Shown: piece by piece, positions 1-7,859 of the stretch
Numbering within the stretch: position 1 is the first letter of the stretch
Layout: every line of letters begins with the position of its first letter
NCBI RefSeq assembly: GCF_006345805.1
Contig: NW_021826080.1
Coordinates: forward strand, 1 to 13,354
Source of the DNA: Octopus sinensis
Lineage: Eukaryota
DNA: 13,354 bases
Reading direction: 5' to 3'
Made by a program: the position numbers and the translations under genes
Notes under the pieces: model-generated
What the model was told of the DNA's origin: nothing
What the model saw: only the letters and a program-made list of their open reading frames with translations
Databases searched by the model: none

Positions 1-25
1 TCATCATCATCATCATCATCATCAT
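1..25. repeat. (CAT)n microsatellite, cut by the window edge
   Basis: Perfect TCA/CAT run from base 1. Confidence 0.95.
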
Positions 26-103
26 ATGTCTCATGGCATGAGGTTCTACTTCTCTGCCAAACTGCCAGCTGTCCAACCCTCAGCACTTGTTTCTGACTTG
101 TAT

Positions 104-132
104 TGCTGTTAGTGCTGCTGCTGTTGTGGCTA

Positions 133-169
<37 letters not shown>

Positions 170-213
170 GCTGCTGCAGCCACTGCCACCACCGCCACTA
201 CTACTGCAGCAGT
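104..213. repeat. CTG-rich low-complexity tract with a pure (GCT)10 core
   Basis: (GCT)10 at 138-167, flanked by degenerate CTG/CCA/CTA triplets. Confidence 0.9.
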
Positions 214-249
214 GAGCCCTAAGTAGGGAGCTTGTGTATGAGTGCTCAA

Positions 250-270
250 CTGCTAGAAAATGCAGCCAAA
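250..270 (+). repeat. Dispersed repeat relic, family D core
   Basis: CTGCTAGAAAATGCAGCCAAA matches 2154-2174 at 19/21. Confidence 0.6.
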
Positions 271-419
271 GGAATATCACACTTTACCAACTAAACTAAG
301 GCTTGTGTTGGGCTATGTCTTTCTTGGTAAACAAAAATATGCAGTATGGTCATATTTGGAACCCTTTTTACCAGAAATCTGCTTGGTCAGGACTGGGGCT
401 AAACAGCAGCAACAACAGT

Positions 420-814
420 GGAGGTGCAATGGCCCAATGGTTAGGGCAGCGGACTCGTGGTCGGAGGATCGCGGTTTTGGTTCCCAGTCCGGGCGTTGCG
501 TGTGTTTATCAAGCGAAAACACCTAAAACTCCATGAGGTTCCGGCAGGGGGGATGGCGACCCCTGTTGTGCTCTTTCGCTCCAACTTTCTCTCACTCTTT
601 CTTCCTGTTTCTTGTCCCCGACTTCCTATGCAACCGCTGAGCCTGGATGCGCATTCATCCCTCCGTCGATGCTCTCGGTGTCGGGGGTTGACCTGCTTTG
701 TCTTCTGCGGGTCTTACAAATAGCAAAGGACCACGTTTCAGATTTCTCCCATCTTGCGAGCTCTGGGATGAAGACCGTTCAATCAACAGCAACAGCAACA
801 ACAACAATAACAGT
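420..814 (+). mobile_element. tRNA-derived SINE, family C, with (CAA)n-type tail
   Basis: A box TGGCCCAATGG at 430-440; degenerate B box GGTTTTGGTTCCC at 473-485; GC/CpG-rich body; CAA/CAG tail from 784; imperfect target-site duplication 402-419 vs 797-814 (15/18). Confidence 0.8.
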
Positions 815-941
815 ATTGAGTCCCTGCCCATTTTCCCTGAATACTGAGTAAAGCTTGAAGGCAAACCTTCCTGATGTTTTTGTGATTCTGTGGCCCTTGT
901 TACCTGCATTTCATCCATCATAGTCATCCACTTGTAATCGT

Positions 942-1557
942 TTAATACATTAGTACTTGATCCTGCTATATCTGACCCGAATGTTCTTCATCTGTTTTGT
1001 ATTCAAACTGGCTGGATCTGGCCTCTCACACCTACTCTAAAATGTCATTCTAAAAAATATACAATCGCAGGAGTGGCTGTGTGGTAAGTAGCTTGTTTAC
1101 CAACCACATGGTTCCGGGTTCAGTCCCACTGTGTGGCATCTTGGGCAAGTGTCTTCCACTATAGCCTTGGGCCGACCAAAGCCTTGTGAGTGGATTTGGT
1201 AGACGGAAACTGAAAGAAGCCCGTCGTATATATGTATATATATATATGTGTTTGTGTGTCTGTGTTTGTCCCCCCAACATCGCTTGACAACCGATGCTGG
1301 TGTGTTTATGTCACTGTTACTTAGCGGTTCGGCAAAAGAGACCGATAGAATAAGTACTGGGCTTACAAAAGAATAAGTCCCGGGGTCGAGTTGCTCGATT
1401 AAAGGCGGTGCTCCAGCATGGCCACAGTCAAATGACTGTAAAAGAGTAAAGAGTATCATTGGAATCTCAAAGCTACAAGATAATGCATGATTAATTCAAA
1501 CCAGTGCGAATAAAGAAGCATTAAATTTGAGAGAGCAATCTGAATGCCAAGGATTAA
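942..1557. mobile_element. TTAA-bounded MITE-like element (piggyBac-like, non-autonomous), copy 1, interrupted by a family A SINE
   Basis: TTAA at 942-945 and 1554-1557. 1021-1056 matches 1604-1639 (34/36) and 1463-1500 matches 1659-1696 (34/38). The right end read inward is TTAA-TCCT, one mismatch from the piggyBac TTAA-CCCT start. The left TIR is decayed. Confidence 0.65.
1066..1454 (+). mobile_element. tRNA-derived SINE, family A, full length (copy 1)
   Basis: A box TGGCTGTGTGG at 1074-1084; B box GGTTCAGTCCC at 1117-1127; internal TA/TG microsatellite; terminal hairpin ACAGTC-AAAT-GACTGT at 1424-1439; TAAAAGAG-type tail; four more copies in the window. Confidence 0.93.
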
Positions 1558-1754
1558 ACCAGCTATATCCAACCCAAATATTCTGCCTGTTTTGACAGAT
1601 CAAGCCTCTCACACCTACCCTACAATGTCATTCTAAAAATAAACAATCACATCTTTAAAATCTCAAAGCTATGAGATAATGCATGACTAATTGAAAACAA
1701 TGTGAATGAATAAGCATTATATTTGGCAGAGTGATCTGAATGCTAAAGAGTTAA
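1554..1754. mobile_element. TTAA-bounded MITE-like element, copy 2, uninterrupted, left end missing
   Basis: Colinear with the flanks of copy 1; ends CTGAATGCTAAAGAG-TTAA (1751-1754); has a short internal deletion relative to copy 1. Confidence 0.7.
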
Positions 1755-2127
1755 GGTGGCTTTTCTATCTTTGTTATTCAAATTCAAGCTGACATTTGAA
1801 AAGATCTGATATTCATGTGCATTTTGTAAGTAAATTCTATGATGACAAGCAGTTTGTTATTATTAGATATTCTAAAGCACCAAACTGTGACAGGGACGAG
1901 AGACAAGGCTCAATAATGGGATTCCGGCTAAGTAGTTCTCTCTTAAGGTCCAGTGTGGGACATATTGAAATATGTGTCATAGTTAATGGCAGATGAAAAT
2001 TAAAAGAAAAAGAGGGCTTGATCATGTGGATGAATGAATAAATAGATCATTGTGTGTGTGTTTGCATTCATTGTATGCAGCCACAACAATGTTTCTATGA
2101 CAACCTCTTCTTAAATTTGAACCAATG

Positions 2128-2240
2128 AGGAGCCTCTATACAGTTGCCTGGACCTGCTAGAAATAGCAGCCAAATCTCCTTCAAATAATCATAAGCTTGC
2201 TGTCTTAAAATAATGGAAGGACTCATTGAACAATGTAGTT
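2128..2240 (+). repeat. Dispersed repeat relic, family D
   Basis: Core 2151-2186 GACCTGCTAGAAATAGCAGCCAAATCTCCTTCAAAT matches the minus strand of 4262-4297 (29/36) and 250-270. Outer boundaries are approximate. Confidence 0.65.
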
Positions 2241-2279
2241 CTAGTTATATAAAAAGACTATATAAAAGTTATATAAAAA

Positions 2280-2519
2280 GGCGGCGAGTTGGCAGAAACG
2301 TTAGCACACCGGGCGAAATGCGTAGCCGTATTTCGTCTGCCGCTACGTTCTGAGTTCAAATTCCGCCGAGGTCGACTTTGCCTTTCATCCTTTCGGGGTC
2401 GATAAATTAAGTACCAGGTACGCACTGGGCTCGATATAATCGACTTAATACCTATGTCTGTCCTTGTTTGTCCCCTCTGTTTAGCCCCTTGTGGGTAATA
2501 AAGAAACATATATAAGAAG
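2280..2519 (+). mobile_element. tRNA-derived SINE, family B, near intact and CpG-rich
   Basis: A-box-like TGGCAGAAACG at 2290-2300; B box GAGTTCAAATTCC at 2352-2364; central CTTTCATCCTTTCGGGGTCGATAAATTAAGTACC block; A-rich end; about 18 CpG retained in 2280-2445. Confidence 0.88.
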
Positions 2520-2932
2520 ATTTGATGGTCTTGGCTTGGAATTGTGGAGTGACAAATGCTTTAATTTATCTTAAATTATAAGTTCAGGCCTACTTGAGTT
2601 GACAAAATAAAGTAACATTCACCTACGGGGACCAATATACTTGAATGTTCTCTCACTTCATACTTCTCATCTTGTTCCTCTGTTAGAAATTCATTTCTAT
2701 TTCTGACATAAATCTTTCCACGAGTTTTTTGATTGTTTCCAACTCTATATCATGGTTTTGATGTTTTTACATTTGTCAGCCTCTTGTCAGGGAATTATGG
2801 CAAACCTTTATTCTTTGCCTCGCTTTCCAAGATATATGATTAGGCTAGTTGTCCTTCCTTCTTTCTCTGAGATGTTGTTGATTCTAACCCTAAGATGAGG
2901 TATCAGTATGAATTTTTGAAAATATTTAAATC

Positions 2933-3020
2933 GGACATATGGCATAGTGGTTAAGAGCGCGGGCTACTAACCCCAAGATTCCAAGTTCGATTCCAGGCAG
3001 TGATCAAAATAATAATATTA
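2933..3020 (+). pseudogene. tRNA-Arg(ACG)-like pseudogene or minimal tRNA-SINE with ACT anticodon and (AAT)n tail
   Basis: A box TGGCATAGTGG at 2940-2950; anticodon loop CT-ACT-AA at 2964-2970 closed by GGG/CCC; T loop TTCGATT; 5-nt variable loop; acceptor stem does not pair; AAT tail at 3006-3020. Confidence 0.75.
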
Positions 3021-3412
3021 GGTGCAGGAGTGGCTGTGTGGTAAGTAGCTTGCTTACCAACCACATGGTTCTGGGTTCAATCCCACTGCTTGGCACCTTA
3101 GGTACGTGTCTTCTACTATAGCCTCGGGCCGACCAAAGCCTTGTGAGTGGATTTGGTAGACGGAAACTGAAAGAAGCCCATTGTATATATATATATATGT
3201 ATATGTTTGTGTGTCTGTGTTTGTTCCCTCAACATCGCTTGATAACCGATGGTGGTGTGTTTACGTACCTGTCACTTAGTTATTCGGCAAGTGATACCGA
3301 TAGAATAAGTACTGGGCTTACAAAGAATAAGTCCTGGGGTCGATTTGCTCGACTAAAGGCGGTGCTCCAGCATGGCCACAGTCAAATGACTGAAACAAAT
3401 AAAAGAAAAAGA
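3021..3412 (+). mobile_element. Family A SINE, full length (copy 2)
   Basis: Colinear with 1066-1454; both boxes present (B box GGTTCAATCCC); terminal CAGTC-AAAT-GACTG hairpin; A-rich tail. Confidence 0.93.
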
Positions 3413-3967
3413 ACTATCCTCTACCATGCTTTTTTTTTTTTTTGGAAGCATCCAAAAACAAACATTTTGATGCCTCATTTGTGAAATTTGAATGAATATT
3501 TTAAGAAATATGACAATTTCAGTTAGAAAATTGGTCAAAATCTAGCCTAATTTGGTGATATAGCTTGCAGTAAGCCCTGTTTGGTATGTGACATTGATAA
3601 ACCAAAATGATGATGAAACATTAATGTCTGATACTCTGAAAAAAGGGATTTGATTTGAGTTGTCTCACTTGTCTATGCCTTACTTTCAGGTGTTTTACAT
3701 TAAGGGATTCGGGAATATATTCTCTTATGCCTAAAAACCACAGCCACCCAATGAACTAACAACACACATACCTTGAGCTGCTTCTAATTTATATTTGAAT
3801 AATTAGCCATATTTATGATGTCATAACCTTTGAAAAACTGAAATGATAATCATCTTCAAATTCCAGAAATTTAGTGTCTGAGGTATAGCAGTTGTCTGTT
3901 TTTTTCCCCAGATTCTTCAAAAAACTTTATTCTTAGCAATTTTTAGAAATATCTATGTAAAGCCTAT

Positions 3968-4202
3968 TTGTCAAGTGGTGGCAGGGGACAGACACGAGAC
4001 ACACACACACACACGTGCACACACACCACACGTGCACACACGTCATGCTTCTTTCAGTTTCTGTCTACCAAATCCACTCACAAGGCTTTGGTCAGCCTGA
4101 GGCTGTAGTAGAAAACACTTGCCCAAGATACCACACAGTGGGACTGAGCCCAGAATCATTGGTTGTGAAGCAAGCTTCTTTACCAGACAGCCACACCTGC
4201 AC
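3968..4202 (-). mobile_element. Family A SINE, 3'-truncated (copy 3)
   Basis: Reverse complement of 4047-4093 matches 3131-3177 at 46/47; head ends at 4202; similarity stops at TTGACAA (about 3968). Confidence 0.9.
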
Positions 4203-4231
4203 TTATGTCTACAACTACGCTATCAAATCAG

Positions 4232-4300
4232 TCCTTTCTATATATAGTATGGTGAGGTCTGATTTAAGGGAGGCTTGGTTGCTGTTTCTTGCAGGTCAAA
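4232..4300 (-). repeat. Dispersed repeat relic, family D
   Basis: Reverse complement of 4262-4297 matches 2151-2186 at 29/36. Confidence 0.65.
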
Positions 4301-4417
4301 GGAGAGTGAGCCCAAAGTTTTGTGCAGTGGCTTGATGGTGGTGGTGGTGGTGGTGGAAGTGAAATGGTGGAGAATGTGGTTTTGGTAGAGAGAATAGATT
4401 AATAAATCCACCATTGC

Positions 4418-4510
4418 TCTTTTAGCGATGAAAATCCAAATTGGATGGTATTTGAACTCAGAGCTTATAGTCACAAAACTCTATAATGCAAAGGCATTTT
4501 GGCCATCACC
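4418..4510 (-). mobile_element. Highly decayed family B SINE head
   Basis: Minus strand keeps AAATGC, TCTGAGTTCAAAT (13-nt identity with family B) and TTTCATC in the same order as 2280-2390. Confidence 0.45.
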
Positions 4511-5271
4511 GAACAAATTACATGCCCATCCGCTTCTGCCCTCTCAATTTACAGCAAATAATAAATAACATCTTCTCAGCCGACATGCCCACCACCCCAC
4601 AAACACATCCAGTGTTAACACCAGTACATCCTTCCCAACTCATTGCTCTCTTTGTCTGCATATTAATAACATCATTCTCTCTTTTCACCATCTTTCTAAT
4701 TCTGGAGTCGGAGCAGAAATAGTTAAGCCATATTTTGTATATTAATCTCTTCTTGTTTTGGCATTTCACTGTTTTTTTTTGGGGTTTTTTTTTTTATATC
4801 CAGGCTTTTTAGATCTGATATTCTGGAAGAAAAACATCAAAAAATTCAAACACAAATAATAATCTTTGAGGACATCCCTACTCCCACCATAAACACCCCA
4901 GACCCCTAAAAACATCACCTTAATTATGAAAAACCCTGCTGTTTTCTTTTTGTCCCCACCACCACCACCACCACCACCCTACTGACATAGTTTTATAAGG
5001 TTTTTTTTCTTTCTGTCCATCCCTCACTACTTTACATTTTATCCCCTCTCCTCATCTTCCTCATTCTTTTTTTCTCCTATATTAGCTGATCCTGAAAAAC
5101 TTCACTTAACTTTTCATTAGGGGCTCTTTTGCTATTCCCGGATTTGTGATTTTCTTTTTTTTTTTCTCTTATAAGCAGAGTTTTGTTTTATTGTATTGTC
5201 GTTGTCTATGGTTATGGTTGCCCCCGCTTCCTCATGTAATTTATTTACAGATTTCGCTATATAGACAAGTC

Positions 5272-5490
5272 TATATAATAAAACAGAATATAGATATAAT
5301 AAATGAGTGTATATATATGTATATATATAAATATTACACATATTTGTTATATTACACCACCACACCCCAACATGTATGTGTGCATATATATATATGTGTG
5401 TGTGTATTTATAATAAATGAGTGTGTTTATGTGTAAATATATATGTATATATATATACACACATGTATGCATACACACATACACACACTT
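5272..5490. repeat. TA/TG/CA low-complexity tract
   Basis: Interrupted dinucleotide runs. Confidence 0.8.
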
Positions 5491-5757
5491 ACACATCTTA
5501 AAATTATAATGTTTCATTTTACTATTTGTTTTCATTTGTTTTTGTATTTCTTTTCCCCCCTTTTCTCCATTCTGATCCTTGTATTTCTTCCTTTCATCCT
5601 CTTTTGTTTTTGTTGTTGTTGTTGTTTCATTCGTCATTTCTTTGTTATATTTGTATGTAATCAATCAATGTTGCTTAATGTAAGAAATCATCGTTATTAT
5701 GATTATTATTACTGCTCAGTTGCTCAGTTTCTATAATCTGTCTTGTGTATCTTCCAG

Positions 5758-5793
<36 letters not shown>

Positions 5794-5974
5794 TATATAT
5801 ATATATATGTAAATATGCATGTATATGTAAGTATGTGTATATATATATATATATATAATATAATATAGATATATAGATATATATATATCAGGATCAGCTC
5901 CATATATAGATATATATGTAAGTATGTATATATATGTATATATATATACATGGATGTGTATATATATATATATA

Positions 5975-6014
<40 letters not shown>

Positions 6015-6072
6015 CATACATAGATATATATATGTGTGTGTATATATATGTATATATATATATACACACACA
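5758..6072. repeat. Long interrupted (TA)n microsatellite
   Basis: About 315 bp of TA with TG/CA interruptions; source of the YIYI ORFs. Confidence 0.95.
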
Positions 6073-6234
6073 TCGACTTTGGATCTCTCTGCCAAGTATA
6101 GCAATATACAAATTTTCCCAATCATTCATCCCTCTTGCAGATGTATCCTTAATTTCATCTGCAGCATCCTTTTCATCTCGGCAAGCATAATTCCATCCAC
6201 TACTCTCTAATTTACATGTATATCTATAAATACC
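6072..6234 (-). other. Stop-free, non-repetitive 54-codon frame; candidate exon or decayed coding fragment
   Basis: TTTGTTAG|G acceptor-like site (AG at 6236-6235), then [54 protein letters not shown], then a weak GTGTGT donor at 6071. No family recognised. Confidence 0.25.
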
Positions 6235-6584
6235 CTAACAAACTCTTCACGCTGTAGATTGAAAGACAAGTCATCACCTTTGCGTTTCTACCTTTTTCCC
6301 CGTGCCCTCACCTTCCCCTATTGTGTTGCCTTATGTTTCTTTTCTATTTTTCTATTTCCACTCCTGTAATTTCTGATTCCATCTACCTTAACAATGTAAG
6401 CGGTTCTTATTCTCTCTTCCCCCATCATTCATCTCCTTTCATTCTCTACATCTGTGTGTGTGTGTGTAGCCTTCTGTTATTTCGGAAACTAAATACACAT
6501 AACGCGTGTATAAATACACAAATATGTACATGCATTTCGTGTTTTTGTTTCTAATTTTATTACAAATAATATGTATTTCTGTAC

Positions 6585-6589
<5 letters not shown>

Positions 6590-6621
<32 letters not shown>

Positions 6622-6625
6622 GTGT
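6590..6625. repeat. (TG)n microsatellite
   Basis: Perfect TG run at 6590-6620. Confidence 0.95.
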
Positions 6626-6721
6626 AATATATATTATATATACATATATAAATTGTAACATATTTAATAACACCTAATATTCCTTCACATTTTGATTGTT
6701 CTCGTGCAATTCACACAGACA

Positions 6722-6772
6722 GACACACACCATATACACAAATATACATACATACATACATACATACATGCA

Positions 6773-6834
<62 letters not shown>

Positions 6835-6843
6835 CTACATACA

Positions 6844-6920
<77 letters not shown>

Positions 6921-6967
6921 CATCATATACATATATATGTTATATATATATATGTAATATATAATAT
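6722..6967. repeat. Compound (CATA)n/(TA)n microsatellite
   Basis: Alternating CATA and TA blocks. Confidence 0.95.
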
Positions 6968-7109
6968 ATTAATTTTATCAAAGATTAAGGAAACTAAACA
7001 TTCAAAGAGGCTTCTATGCAAATTATACATAACTGTAGAGCAAATTGTTTTATCAAATGAATTAGCAAAAGTGTGTGTGTGTGTGTGGTGTATGTCTGGA
7101 TGTGTGTGT

Positions 7110-7322
7110 TGGTTGTGTGGTAAGAAGCTTGCTTCTCAACCACATGATTCCAGGTTCAGACCCTACTGTCTGGCACTTTGGGCTATACCTTCAACTATGG
7201 CCTTGGGCTCACCAAAACCTTGTGAGTGGATTTGGTAGACGGAAACTGAAAGAAGCCTGTCATATATATATATATATATATATCTATATATATATATATA
7301 TTATATATATATATATATATAT

Positions 7323-7365
<43 letters not shown>

Positions 7366-7372
7366 GTATATG
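7110..7372 (+). mobile_element. Family A SINE, diverged, ending in its expanded internal microsatellite (copy 4)
   Basis: TGGTTGTGTGGTAAG head at 7110; CTTGTGAGTGGATTTGGTAGACGGAAACTGAAAGAAGCC block to about 7258; then TA/TG repeat to 7372; no 3' half. Confidence 0.88.
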
Positions 7373-7458
7373 TAGCCACATGCTTTTCCTGCACTATTCT
7401 TTAGCTTCTTTTTGGACTGCTCTTGTGTTTGGGACAACTTGGTCTAAGCTGGTATATC

Positions 7459-7859
7459 TGGTTTGTTAACTGCCAGTGGCTTGAAGTTTGTTAACAAGGC
7501 ATAACAAGTGGTAACAATAACATAGTTTATTCTTCCTATTGATGTAGGTTAATGGAGTATGTATAGTCTCTCATAAAGATGGCGTTGGCAATTCAAGCTC
7601 CAGCTAAGTAAGGTGGCATCCTGTCAATGATACTCCATTGTGATGTCAGTAAAATCATTCTGATGCTTGCAGATTCTCCAGATGAAGTGAGATTGGGAAG
7701 TGGAATTTTCCCTCTCCTTGCACCTGAAAGAGTGCCAATGTTGTGTATACTTCTCTTTAAGTTATTGGCTGTCATGCTCATGTAGTGTCTTATGATTTTT
7801 GTCTTGTGACTTTTGTCTATAAAAGTGGCTTTATAGACGAAAGTCTTTTCACTTCCCAC
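7459..7859 (-). mobile_element. Degenerate Penelope-like element GIY-YIG endonuclease fragment (frameshifted)
   Basis: Joining two frames gives FVYKAT..HYMSMTANN/LKEKYTQHWHSFR..NSTSQSHFIW..DIT/WSIIDRMPPY../NCQRHLYERLYIL..IN..IVTTC..NFK. This follows the motif order of Penelope endonucleases (VYKA, YIGxT, FKxRYxxHxxSF, TxLSxxIW, IxWxI, CxLCxxEK, LN, CxH). Three frameshifts and one stop are needed. Confidence 0.72.

Noticed and set aside
1-80. (CAT)n plus CATGGCATGAGGTT as another family E tail on the minus strand
   Set aside because: Similarity to 12590-12630 is too weak to support.
260-927. GC-rich block with several overlapping ORFs, resembling an exon or CpG island
   Set aside because: Explained by the family C SINE (A/B boxes, tail, target-site duplication).
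1050-1459. ORFs with recurring [12 protein letters not shown] or [11 protein letters not shown] peptides (also at 3143, 4015, 7075, 12693-13079)
   Set aside because: The recurrence reflects family A SINE copies, not a protein family.
2580-2749. Purine-rich minus frame YRVGNNQKTRGKIYVRNRNEFLTEEQDEKYEVREHSSILVPV with AG|GTGAAT donor at 2622
   Set aside because: No usable acceptor or start codon, stops just upstream, and no recognised motif.
3660-3760. Acceptor TACTTTCAG|G followed by RDSGIYSL, reminiscent of Ig or fibrinogen motifs
   Set aside because: All three frames stop within about 70 nt and there is no donor; the match is too short.
4486-4722. 78-aa ORF with a transmembrane-like C-terminus
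   Set aside because: The hydrophobicity follows from T/C-rich sequence, the ORF overlaps a SINE relic, and no homology is recognised.
5347-7404. Many 70-180 aa ORFs rich in YIYI, HT or CV
   Set aside because: They are translations of TA, CA and TG microsatellites, which lack stop codons in some frames.
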